In this document: piece by piece, positions 1-8,337 of the stretch
Layout of the letters: each line of letters begins with the position of its first letter
Position numbering within the stretch: position 1 is the first letter of the stretch
From: an uncultured Gammaproteobacteria bacterium
GTDB taxonomy: Bacteria > Patescibacteriota > Patescibacteriia > Patescibacteriales > UBA12465
Direction: 5' to 3'
Length of the DNA stretch: 64,000 nucleotides
Assembly (NCBI GenBank): GCA_964408775.1
Contig: CAYPAP010000002.1
Coordinates: 1,109 to 65,108 of the forward strand
Notes under the pieces: model-generated
Database searches by the model: none
Told to the model about the DNA's origin: nothing
What the model saw: only the letters and a program-made list of their open reading frames with translations
Translations under genes and position numbers: made by a program

Positions 1-386
1 GCTTAAATAAGAGGGTCGTTGATGATTTGCCGGATGATTTGAAAAAGATTTTTCTTGAATTAAAGAAAATGGCTAATGTTAAGATATTGAAGATGGAAAA
101 TGCAAATCAGCATATTAAAACACTGAAATCAGCACGAATAGTTTTTAGCGCTGCTGAGCAAGAAGGTTTTGGGTATTCAATTTTTAAATCTATCCAGTGT
201 GGGGCTATTCCCGTACTGCCAAAAAGATGTTGTTACCCGGAGTTTTTTGATAAAAAATATTTGTATTCCTCAATTAATGACGCTATTAAATTAATAGATT
301 TATTTTTGAGGACGTATCCTAAGAATTATTTTTATCCTGACGGTAATCTATTTAATTTTGATAAAATAGTTAAATATTTTAAATAA
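1..386 (+). CDS. Glycosyltransferase (GT4/GT1-type), C-terminal fragment truncated by the left window edge
   Basis: The frame of the 27..386 ORF has no stop back to base 3, and the listed start is TTG, so the gene continues upstream. The motif AEQEGFGYSIFKSIQCGAIPVLP resembles the E-x7-E donor-binding region of GT4 enzymes. Confidence 0.6.
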   Translation, partial: LNKRVVDDLPDDLKKIFLELKKMANVKILKMENANQHIKTLKSARIVFSAAEQEGFGYSIFKSIQCGAIPVLPKRCCYPEFFDKKYLYSSINDAIKLIDLFLRTYPKNYFYPDGNLFNFDKIVKYFK

Positions 387-387
387 T

Positions 388-1308
388 ATGAGCTTTGAAC
401 TTTACGACATTCATTCTCACTCCGGAAATCAAAAAAATAACATTTTCAATGAAAAAATAGAAAATCTGAAAAAGACATCCATACCAGAGTTATTAGATCA
501 GTACGGTGATAGAATAGATAAGATTGTTAACTTTCCTATGCCTGGAACGGTATATTTTAATTATGATGGGTCAGAGGTTGATAGTAAAAACTCTCAGTAC
601 CCCTACAAAATTGAGAACGAAGAGCTGATCAAGGCCGTGGAAAGGTATGATAAACATGGTAAAATATTACCATTTTTATGCATTAATCCTAAAATAAGAG
701 TTTCTGAACAATTAGAAGGATTATTTAGTTTGTTAAAAAATAATAAGATTTTTGGATTAAAATTTCACACCTTAGATACTAATTGTGGCATTGAAGATTT
801 GTTTTTTAATTCTGAGATAATTTCTTTTTGCCGAGAATTTAAATTACCAATGATTATCCATTCTGGCGACTTTAACAATGTAGAAGATTGTAAAAATATT
901 TTTAAATACGCAGATAAAAATAAGGATATAAATTTTTGCATAGCACATTTAATGACTTTTTCTAGGGAGTTTTTTGAAAGAATGAAAGAATATAAGAATG
1001 ATAACGTTTTCACTGACATTTCTCCCTTTTTAAGTTTATGCGAATATGTCAATAAGGTTAAGCCCAAAGGAGTGCTCGATCTGAATTATAAAAATCCGGA
1101 GGAGGTTATAATTAAATTGTTTAATGATTATAAAAAATTTATTTTATGGGGAAGCGATGAGCCTTTTGGAAAATTCAAGATCAGTAATAAGGATAGAGCG
1201 AGCTATTCTCTGAAGGATGAGATTGATTTTTTATATTCACTTAATAAAGAAATGAGAAGAACAATAGCCTCAGATAACTCTAAAAAATTTTTATTTAATA
1301 ATAAGTAA
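388..1308 (+). CDS. Amidohydrolase-2 family (TIM-barrel metal-dependent hydrolase)-like protein
   Basis: The family-typical motif series is present: N-terminal DIHSHSG, then GLKFHT, MIIHSGD, FCIAHL and LWGSDEPF. Confidence 0.6.
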   Translation: MSFELYDIHSHSGNQKNNIFNEKIENLKKTSIPELLDQYGDRIDKIVNFPMPGTVYFNYDGSEVDSKNSQYPYKIENEELIKAVERYDKHGKILPFLCINPKIRVSEQLEGLFSLLKNNKIFGLKFHTLDTNCGIEDLFFNSEIISFCREFKLPMIIHSGDFNNVEDCKNIFKYADKNKDINFCIAHLMTFSREFFERMKEYKNDNVFTDISPFLSLCEYVNKVKPKGVLDLNYKNPEEVIIKLFNDYKKFILWGSDEPFGKFKISNKDRASYSLKDEIDFLYSLNKEMRRTIASDNSKKFLFNNK

Positions 1309-1312
1309 AAAT

Positions 1313-3196
1313 ATGATAAAATTATCTTGCATAGTTATTGCCTGTGATTCAGAGAGAGGTAAGGGGAATAGCGTTTATCATTGTTTAAGTTCAATTTTAA
1401 AACAGGATTTAGAAAGTTTTGAGCTTATAGTGGTGGACAATAGCAATTTTAAAAGTGTTGAAAAAATTAAGAAAATAAAAAAATATTGTAGCGATTTAAA
1501 TAATAAAAGAAAGTTTCCGGTGCAAATAAAGATAGTGAATAAGAAAAAACCAATAAATATAAATTTTGCTAGAAATTTTGGTGCGAAATCAGCCCGAGGA
1601 GATATTCTTGTTTTCACAGAGGATGATACTGTTATGCTCGATAACAGTTTCTTCTCTTCAATTATTAATTTTTCAAAGTTTTATGATTTTGGCTATGGAG
1701 CGAAGAGATTATGGACAAGGCCGGGTTGGTTCCAAAGAAACTCTAAAAAAGTACTTTCAGAAGCATTGGAAGGAAGATATGATTTATTAATAAAAAATAG
1801 TGGTAGTATTCCGCAGAGTTTTAAGGGGGATAAGGATGGAGATATTTTTTATGAAATTCAGGGGCATACTTTTATTGCAAATTTCGGTTTTTGTAAAAAA
1901 GATTTATTTTTAAAGGTCGGTGGCTTTCCTCTTTATGAAAAACTTGATCTTTCAGATGATTGTTTAATGTATAGATTATTTAAATCTGGTAGTAGATATA
2001 AGTTTCTTGGAGACTTAATTGTGGCCCATGTGTCTCATAAGAAAAATAGGAGTAATAATACCTCTAATTTAAAAAGATACTTCAAAGAGCTTATAAATAA
2101 TAACGATTATTGGTGTCATGTATTTAAAACCTTTAAAACTGATATTGATTTGTCTGAGGTGATTGAGCCTTTAGAATCATTGCATTACGATTATCGTTTG
2201 AAAGAAATGTATTTTAAATATATTGACTCGTGCCCTTTAAATCTATCATTTAAAAACAAAAATTTTAATAGCTGGAAAAAAAATAATATTTTTTGTATTA
2301 TTGATTTTTCACGTTTAATTCATTTTTTAATAAAAGCAAAAAATATAGATGAATTTGTTAAAGTTAGCAATGCCGACTTTGATAATTTAGCGCCAGTCAT
2401 AGAAGTCGCTATATTAAACGGTGTGATTTCAGTAAATAAAAAAGGGTTAATAAAGAATTTAAATTTTTTTGATAAACGGTCTGATCTTAGTTATAAAAAA
2501 AATAATTTTATTCCAAATGTTAAATATAATCAGTTTCCTTGTGATGATGAATCAAGGTTAAGGAGGGCAAGGCTGATAACTGATAATTATCCCTTTGTGG
2601 AGTATTTTAGGTTTGCTATTATTGGTGAGGACGATTTTATTAGTCCATTATTTAGAGATTTTTATAATTTTTATCCTATCGTTTTGGAAAAAGATAATAG
2701 AATTATTAAGCGACTTAAAGATAGTGGAAATACGGAGGTCTACAAAGTAGACTTAACCAATGATAATGATTTTAAAAAAATTAATATTCCACGTGTTAAA
2801 ACTTTTATAACAGACCCCCCGTACACTTTGCATGGATCCCTGTCTTTTATATATAGGGGGTTGTCATTATTATCAGAGGACGATGATGTAAAGGAATTCT
2901 ATGTAATTTTGAATCCCGCAATGATTGGCAAAAATATATATAAAATTAAAAAGATTCTATTGGAGTCTGATGTTTATTTGTATAAAACAATAGATAATTT
3001 TAGTCAGTATAAATTACCACTTAAGTATAATGAATATAATAGAGCAAATAGTTTTTTTAAAAAAAATGGTATATCGAGCAATATTATTAAGTATAGTTCT
3101 TCCTCGTCTTTATATGTATTTAGAACTATTAAGCCAAATTTAAATAAAATTAAAAAATTTGTTAACAATGATAAAATTTATAAACATTATTTATGA
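1313..3196 (+). CDS. Fusion protein: N-terminal family-2 glycosyltransferase plus C-terminal BpsA/DUF43-like aminopropyltransferase-type domain
   Basis: N-terminus: CIVIACD...ELIVVDNSN...ARNFGAKSARGDILVFTEDD (GT2 fold with a DxD-like EDD). C-terminus: FAIIGEDDFISP (compare the GDDD motif) and VKTFITDPPYTLHGSLSFIYRG (DPPYT motif), as in the branched-polyamine synthase family. The stop overlaps the next start (ATGA). Confidence 0.6.
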   Translation: MIKLSCIVIACDSERGKGNSVYHCLSSILKQDLESFELIVVDNSNFKSVEKIKKIKKYCSDLNNKRKFPVQIKIVNKKKPININFARNFGAKSARGDILVFTEDDTVMLDNSFFSSIINFSKFYDFGYGAKRLWTRPGWFQRNSKKVLSEALEGRYDLLIKNSGSIPQSFKGDKDGDIFYEIQGHTFIANFGFCKKDLFLKVGGFPLYEKLDLSDDCLMYRLFKSGSRYKFLGDLIVAHVSHKKNRSNNTSNLKRYFKELINNNDYWCHVFKTFKTDIDLSEVIEPLESLHYDYRLKEMYFKYIDSCPLNLSFKNKNFNSWKKNNIFCIIDFSRLIHFLIKAKNIDEFVKVSNADFDNLAPVIEVAILNGVISVNKKGLIKNLNFFDKRSDLSYKKNNFIPNVKYNQFPCDDESRLRRARLITDNYPFVEYFRFAIIGEDDFISPLFRDFYNFYPIVLEKDNRIIKRLKDSGNTEVYKVDLTNDNDFKKINIPRVKTFITDPPYTLHGSLSFIYRGLSLLSEDDDVKEFYVILNPAMIGKNIYKIKKILLESDVYLYKTIDNFSQYKLPLKYNEYNRANSFFKKNGISSNIIKYSSSSSLYVFRTIKPNLNKIKKFVNNDKIYKHYL

Positions 3197-3561
3197 AATT
3201 AATAAAAAGACACGGGCTACATATAATCGCTGATTTTTATAAATGTGATTTTTCTTTTTTTAAAGGTAAAAGCAAAAAACAAATAAAAATGATCTTTTCG
3301 CAGATAATATCAGATAACAATCTTCATGAGTTAGGAAATTTTTATTATTTTTTTTCAGGCGTGGAGAGCTTTACGGCCGTAGTTTCCCTGGCGGAGTCTC
3401 ATATAACAGTACACACTTGGCCAGAGGACGAGTATGTTTCTATAGATATTTTTATTTGTAATTATTCAAGTGATCAGTCTAAAAATGCAAAAAACATTCT
3501 TAAAAAGATTGTAGAAATATTTTCACCAGGAAAAATTAAAAAGCTGTTAATAAAAAGATAA
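3193..3561 (+). CDS. speH: S-adenosylmethionine decarboxylase proenzyme (small pyruvoyl-dependent class)
   Basis: GLHIIADFYKC... and the self-cleavage/active-site block SLAESHITVHTWPEDEYVSIDIFICN. Size is 122 aa. Confidence 0.85.
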   Translation: MKLIKRHGLHIIADFYKCDFSFFKGKSKKQIKMIFSQIISDNNLHELGNFYYFFSGVESFTAVVSLAESHITVHTWPEDEYVSIDIFICNYSSDQSKNAKNILKKIVEIFSPGKIKKLLIKR

Positions 3562-3572
3562 TTATAAAAAGT

Positions 3573-4013
3573 ATGAAAATTAGAAAAATTATTAAAGATG
3601 ATTTAAAAATTTGCTCTGAAATCTTAGAGAGAGCTTATAGTAGGGATCCTTATAATGAAGCTTTTAATAAAAACACAGCATTGGAGTATATAAATAATAA
3701 ATATAAAAACTTCAGAGAAAACAGTTTTGTTGTCATTAACGAAGAGTATGAGGTTGTTGCTTTTATTTTTTTAAATATCTCTTCTTGGAGCGATGGCTTT
3801 CAGGCTGTTCTGGAGGAAATTGTGGTAGACCCATCTTTCCAAGGCTCGGGAATTGGGAGGGATCTAATGTTGTATGCCCATAATTATCTAGATTCTTTAG
3901 GGGTTAGGTCTTCTATGCTTTGGGTTAAAAACGATGAGCGTTTGTTGAAATTTTATAAAAAACAAGGATATTTCCCAGCGGATGATTTTGTTGTCATGTT
4001 TAAAAATTTTTAA
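3573..4013 (+). CDS. GNAT family N-acetyltransferase
   Basis: Acetyl-CoA binding motif VVDPSFQGSGIGRDLM. Size is about 146 aa and the C-terminus (FYKKQGY) is typical of the family. Confidence 0.75.
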   Translation: MKIRKIIKDDLKICSEILERAYSRDPYNEAFNKNTALEYINNKYKNFRENSFVVINEEYEVVAFIFLNISSWSDGFQAVLEEIVVDPSFQGSGIGRDLMLYAHNYLDSLGVRSSMLWVKNDERLLKFYKKQGYFPADDFVVMFKNF

Positions 4014-4129
4014 AAAATTGATTAATTCTTATTTTATAATTTTATTTTTTGGGATTTAAGATATTTTTATCGAATGACCTGGGTGATCTGCATATCCTAG
4101 CCTCCGTTAATGAAAAAAGGAACATATTT

Positions 4130-4154
4130 TGAAGTCTTTTTTAAATTTTGCGTA
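4130..4154 (+). promoter_or_regulatory. ECF-type promoter candidate (TGAAGT-N15-CGTA) upstream of the ECF sigma factor gene
   Basis: TGAAGTCTTTTTTAAATTTTGCGTACTAATA. A near-identical motif with the same spacing occurs at 5668-5692. It resembles the TGAAAC-N16-CGTA class of ECF promoters. Confidence 0.5.
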
Positions 4155-4185
4155 CTAATAAATAGATAATTTTAAATACATTAAT

Positions 4186-4205
4186 AATTCAGCAATTGCT
4201 GAATT
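4186..4205. promoter_or_regulatory. 20-bp perfect palindrome, possible operator
   Basis: AATTCAGCAATTGCTGAATT is a perfect inverted repeat. It lies between the ECF-type promoter motif and the sigma factor start codon (4244). Confidence 0.35.
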
Positions 4206-4243
4206 TATTTAAATTGGTTAATATATTTATATAAAAATTATTA

Positions 4244-4822
4244 ATGAATATTTTAGAGAAAAAAAATAGTTTAAGCGACGAGCAATTAGTTGTTGTGAGC
4301 TTAGAAAGCCATTTGGCCTTTTCAATTCTTGTAGATAGGTATAAGAATAGGATTTTGAATTTTATCCGTAAAATGTCAAATTTATCAGAAGAAGATGCTC
4401 AAGATGTATTGCAGGATGTTTTTTTGAAAGTTTATTTAAATTTAAATAGCTTTGACGATGATTTAAAATTTTCTTCTTGGATTTATTCTATAGCTAGAAA
4501 TCAGGTTATCAGTAATCATCGTAAGATAAAAGTTAGACCCGAAGGAAATTCCATTAAAATTGACGAAACATTAATTGAAAAACTTGCCTTTGACTTTGAT
4601 ATCGAAAAAGAGTTGGATATAAAAATATTAAATCAGCAAATTTTTCTAGTTTTAAACAAGTTAAAGGACAAGTGGAGAGAGGTCTTAATTTTAAAATTTT
4701 TTGAAGAGAAAGACTATAATGAAATATCTGATATTATAAAAAAACCATCCGGTACAGTAGCCTCAATGCTAAATAAGGCTAAAAAAGAGTTTAAGGAAAA
4801 GTATCAAGAGTTATATAATTAA
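4244..4822 (+). CDS. RNA polymerase ECF-type sigma-70 family sigma factor
   Basis: Region 2 (DVFLKVYLNLNSFDDDLKFSSWIYSIARNQVISNHRK) and region 4 HTH (YNEISDIIKKPSGTVASMLNKAKKEF). Confidence 0.85.
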   Translation: MNILEKKNSLSDEQLVVVSLESHLAFSILVDRYKNRILNFIRKMSNLSEEDAQDVLQDVFLKVYLNLNSFDDDLKFSSWIYSIARNQVISNHRKIKVRPEGNSIKIDETLIEKLAFDFDIEKELDIKILNQQIFLVLNKLKDKWREVLILKFFEEKDYNEISDIIKKPSGTVASMLNKAKKEFKEKYQELYN

Positions 4823-4832
4823 TTTTAAATTT

Positions 4833-5663
4833 ATGATAGAGAAAAAATTTACTGAAAAAATAATCTCTAAAATAGAGAAAGACAAAATAAAACCTAGACC
4901 TCGCTGGAAGTTTGTTTTTAAAAATTACTTTCTATGGATAATAGGGGTGTTTTCTTTACTTTTTGGAGCACTGTCCTTCTCTTTGATTATTTATCTTTTT
5001 AATTCAGGGGAGAACATCTTTTCCGATAGATTTGGGGCTTCTTTCTTGGAAGTTTTCTTGGTTTTTATTCCTATTTTTTGGCTTATTTTCTTGGCTTTAT
5101 TTATATTCTTGTTTTATTTAAATTTAAAAAAAACAAAACGAGCTTATAAGTGCTCTCCGTTTTTTATATTAATTATTGGTCTTATTTCTAGTATCGCTCT
5201 AGGATCTAGTTTTTATATGCTTGGTTTTGGTAAGAAGATCGACAATCTTTTAGGGAAAAATATTAACCCCGGAGTTTATAGTCGCATCATCAATCCTCAG
5301 CTTGAGTTTTGGTCAGAGCCAGAAAAAGGAAGGCTGGCCGGAGTTGTTTCTGAGATGGGTGATGATAAAAATTTCTTTTTAGTTGATAAAGATTCCAGGG
5401 AATGGTTGGTTTCTTATGATATTTTTAACTCTAAACATGCTTTAAGGTTGGGCGAGGGCTTAGTTGTTAGATGCTTCGGTGAAAAAAAATCTAATGACGA
5501 TTTTCAGGCTTCGGTGGTTATGCCGATGAACCTAGCTAATGATTTTTTTGATAGACCTGGAATTAGGAGGCAGGTTGATGATCCATCCTTTGGTCCTAGA
5601 ATAGAGCTTAGGAATAATATGACTAATGATTGCCAATTTAAAAGCGATTGTCCTTTTAAATAA
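4833..5663 (+). CDS. Multi-pass membrane protein co-transcribed with the ECF sigma factor (candidate anti-sigma factor)
   Basis: Starts 10 nt after the sigma gene. It has several hydrophobic helices and then a soluble C-terminal domain. No zf-HC2 motif was seen, so the anti-sigma role rests on position only. Confidence 0.35.
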   Translation: MIEKKFTEKIISKIEKDKIKPRPRWKFVFKNYFLWIIGVFSLLFGALSFSLIIYLFNSGENIFSDRFGASFLEVFLVFIPIFWLIFLALFIFLFYLNLKKTKRAYKCSPFFILIIGLISSIALGSSFYMLGFGKKIDNLLGKNINPGVYSRIINPQLEFWSEPEKGRLAGVVSEMGDDKNFFLVDKDSREWLVSYDIFNSKHALRLGEGLVVRCFGEKKSNDDFQASVVMPMNLANDFFDRPGIRRQVDDPSFGPRIELRNNMTNDCQFKSDCPFK

Positions 5664-5667
5664 AAAG

Positions 5668-5692
5668 TGAAGACTTTTTTTTCTTTTACGTA
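5668..5692 (+). promoter_or_regulatory. Second ECF-type promoter candidate (TGAAGA-N15-CGTA)
   Basis: TGAAGACTTTTTTTTCTTTTACGTATTAATA. It has the same architecture and spacing as 4130-4154 and sits about 50 nt upstream of the 5742 start. Confidence 0.5.
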
Positions 5693-5741
5693 TTAATAGG
5701 CAGAGGAGGACGTCCCCATTAATAATTAATATTTAAAAAAA

Positions 5742-6176
5742 ATGAAGAAAAATTACAAAAAGTTAATTTTCCCAGCCTTAGCAGTAATGATTTTTGTACC
5801 ATTGATAACTATGGCTGCCAGCGAAGCTTTTTCTTGGCCAGAGAATAATAAAAACTCTGCTCAATATCGTCAGTCATCTTTAGAGGGTTTTAATCATTCC
5901 TCTGTTGATATTGATTCTAGAATTTCAGAAAGAGAGACTAGAAGAGCTGAAAACAGAGCTAGACAAGCAGAGATGATGAGTATTCTAGAGTCAGGTGATT
6001 ATAACGCCTGGTTAGAATTTGCTAAAGACAAAAACTGTCCAATGATATCTCAGGTGAACGAGGAAAATTTTTCTGAATTTGTCGAAGCTCATAAATTAAG
6101 AATTGAAAATAGAGGAAGTGAATCTTTGGTTAAAAATCAGAATAATAAAAATAATTTTAGAGGAGGGGTGAGATAA
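5742..6176 (+). CDS. Secreted hypothetical protein (probable ECF regulon member)
   Basis: N-terminal signal peptide (KKLIFPALAVMIFVPLITMAASEA). Preceded by the ECF-type motif and followed by a terminator. Confidence 0.5.
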   Translation: MKKNYKKLIFPALAVMIFVPLITMAASEAFSWPENNKNSAQYRQSSLEGFNHSSVDIDSRISERETRRAENRARQAEMMSILESGDYNAWLEFAKDKNCPMISQVNEENFSEFVEAHKLRIENRGSESLVKNQNNKNNFRGGVR

Positions 6177-6209
6177 GTTTTATCCAATTTCATGATCAAT
6201 ACTATCAAA

Positions 6210-6236
6210 AGAGTCTCTTAACGGGGCTCTTTTTTG
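6210..6236 (+). terminator. Rho-independent terminator
   Basis: Stem AGAGTC / GGCTCT (one G-U pair) followed by a T5 run. Confidence 0.6.
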
Positions 6237-6305
6237 AATTAGCAAAATTTACAAAATCAATAAAAAATTATATAATATATGTGCATATAATTAATCTAAA
6301 AATCT

Positions 6306-6857
6306 ATGAACAGCTTTGAACAAACAATTAAGGAGTCTTTTAGCTCCGAATTAGACCGAGACATTTTAGGCAAGTTAAATAGGGAATTGGATGGTTTAAT
6401 TTCTAATAAATTAAATCCTGTCTTAGTTGCTATTAAAGACAATAATTTTAATTTAAATTCACCCGAAGTTAGTAAGAAGATAAACAAATTATCAGAAAAT
6501 ATAATTAAAGATAGATTTGCAGATAATTCCTCGGTAGAGACCGATGCTATTAAAGATGTTGTTGATAGAAAAATATTGCGTTTGGCTTTAGAAAATATTG
6601 CTTACAGTGATTTAGGTGGCTCTTTGGGTCTTTATGATAACTTGGAAGAAAGATACTTGGAAATATTAGTAGAAGAAGGTGTTTTCTGGGCAGAAAATAA
6701 TCCTGATTTCTATCATAATCACGATGATTTTGCTGATATAAAAACTTTAGCCAATAAATTGAACTCAGCTAATATTTTGGATGATAACAAGAAGGGGGTT
6801 TTATTCGATGAATTAAGAGAGGTTTTGTCGGAAGATAGCGTTACATCCACTGTTTAA
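6306..6857 (+). CDS. Hypothetical acidic protein
   Basis: Long ORF with host-like AT-rich composition. No recognisable motifs. Confidence 0.45.
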   Translation: MNSFEQTIKESFSSELDRDILGKLNRELDGLISNKLNPVLVAIKDNNFNLNSPEVSKKINKLSENIIKDRFADNSSVETDAIKDVVDRKILRLALENIAYSDLGGSLGLYDNLEERYLEILVEEGVFWAENNPDFYHNHDDFADIKTLANKLNSANILDDNKKGVLFDELREVLSEDSVTSTV

Positions 6858-6926
6858 ATGATTTTAACTTTAGTTATAAGATCTGGGGCATCAAACATCC
6901 CTGAATTATTATAATAGTTACTTCTA

Positions 6927-6955
6927 TTGACACTTTTACATATATATGATATAAT
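6927..6955 (+). promoter_or_regulatory. Consensus sigma-70 promoter (TTGACA-17 nt-TATAAT with TGn extended -10)
   Basis: TTGACA at 6927-6932, a 17-nt spacer ending in TGA, and TATAAT at 6950-6955. Confidence 0.6.
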
Positions 6956-7031
6956 ATATGGTTGTTTTAATTTGGAATTATTATCCAAAAAAGAGAGAGA
7001 AAAACAATATGAACCTTAAAATTTTTTTGTA

Positions 7032-8171
7032 ATGGAAAATGGAATATTGCTAGTTGCGAGTATAAACTCCTTTCATGGCAATGTATTGCCCGAAGGGTTC
7101 GCTCGTCTTTATGAGGAGCGATTATCATTGGGTCAGCTTGCTGAGTCAGGCATACCCATGACGATTAATTCTCATGGGATTGATTTCCTGATGTATCCTT
7201 GGTTGGATGATTTTGTTAATTATCCCAATCTGGATTTCACGAGTGGTCTCTTTACCCAAATGCTTCCAGTATTTCTTTCTGAGAAATACTTGGAGTGGCA
7301 GCATCTTTCAGGTCGTTTGATTCCTCCGGGAATTAACCAAATCTTCTATCCGGAGTTTTGCACTCCGACATCTCCTCAGGATAATTTTTGGGTCCTGGAT
7401 TCCCAGACCCATTATTATTCCGATATGAACGGGGAAGTTTCATGGGAGAATAAAGCACCCATAAGCTCTCCCGCGATTAAATATCGGGGAAAGATTGGAC
7501 TGGTGATGAAGGAGTCGGCCTATAAACCGATACTGGACGCTTTTTTCCTGGCGCAAAGGTTACCCGACCAGCTAAACTCTGAAGGTCGGACCAACCTGAA
7601 GGCGTTAGTTGACAGGGTCGAGTCAGTAGAGGGGGTGGTTATCCTCCCGCTGGACTTGGAAGCTCCTTATGTAGGCTCCCTGTTGGGAGGAGAGTTCTGG
7701 AGAAGATTTCTGGGGGAAATCAAGGAGAGAGGTTTGGAGAAAAACTTTTTGTCTTTCTCTGAGGTTTTTCCGAGATTAAGGGTCGAGGCAGTTGAAACAG
7801 TGGATGCTCCTTATCGAAACCTCGGTAAGTGGCTGTCGTTGCCAGCCAATTTTTCGTATTACTCTCAGATTAGGGAAATTTCCCAACGAGAGTTAAGCAG
7901 GGAAGAAAGATTTCTGCTTGCTATCGCTGGTAACAGCGACATTGGTGCTGCAATACACCAAAAAACCCTCAAACCAGTGGCCCGTCCAGCAGTCTATGCT
8001 AATGGCGATCCAGGAATTGTAACAATTTCCGGTAGCGATGAGGTCATCAAGGCCTCTTACATGGCCCTGGATTGCCTGAAAAAAGGTGGCAGTCTTTTTG
8101 AAAGACTGCAGGCTCTTGATAACAAGGGCTTATTCCTACAAAGATTAATGGACGTTTATAAGCGTCTATGA
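7032..8171 (+). CDS. Hypothetical protein, GC-shifted (candidate horizontally acquired gene)
   Basis: 379-aa ORF. Hand count of line 7501-7560 gives 30/60 G+C, against 15/60 for line 2221-2280. I recognise no motif. Confidence 0.6.
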   Translation: MENGILLVASINSFHGNVLPEGFARLYEERLSLGQLAESGIPMTINSHGIDFLMYPWLDDFVNYPNLDFTSGLFTQMLPVFLSEKYLEWQHLSGRLIPPGINQIFYPEFCTPTSPQDNFWVLDSQTHYYSDMNGEVSWENKAPISSPAIKYRGKIGLVMKESAYKPILDAFFLAQRLPDQLNSEGRTNLKALVDRVESVEGVVILPLDLEAPYVGSLLGGEFWRRFLGEIKERGLEKNFLSFSEVFPRLRVEAVETVDAPYRNLGKWLSLPANFSYYSQIREISQRELSREERFLLAIAGNSDIGAAIHQKTLKPVARPAVYANGDPGIVTISGSDEVIKASYMALDCLKKGGSLFERLQALDNKGLFLQRLMDVYKRL

Positions 8172-8198
8172 ATCTTGGAGAGAAGTCTTAATAATTTA

Positions 8199-8229
8199 CC
8201 CCCCTAGGTTTTACTTAGGGGTTTTTTTA
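8199..8229 (+). terminator. Rho-independent terminator
   Basis: Stem CCCCTAGG / CTTAGGGG (8 bp, one G-U pair), a 5-nt loop and a T7 run. Confidence 0.65.
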
Positions 8230-8286
8230 TTACCCATTTAATCCTTCCATCTTTTTTTTTAGCCCCTCTTTTCTAATTATTTTTAT

Positions 8287-8311
8287 TATACTATAATTAT
8301 GTTATAGTATA
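8287..8311. promoter_or_regulatory. Inverted repeat overlapping a TATAAT box upstream of the first three-module gene
   Basis: TATACTATAA-TTATG-TTATAGTATA (10-bp arms). TATAAT at 8292-8297 lies inside the left arm. Confidence 0.3.
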
Positions 8312-8337
8312 AGTATCAATAATTTATCGTCATATCT

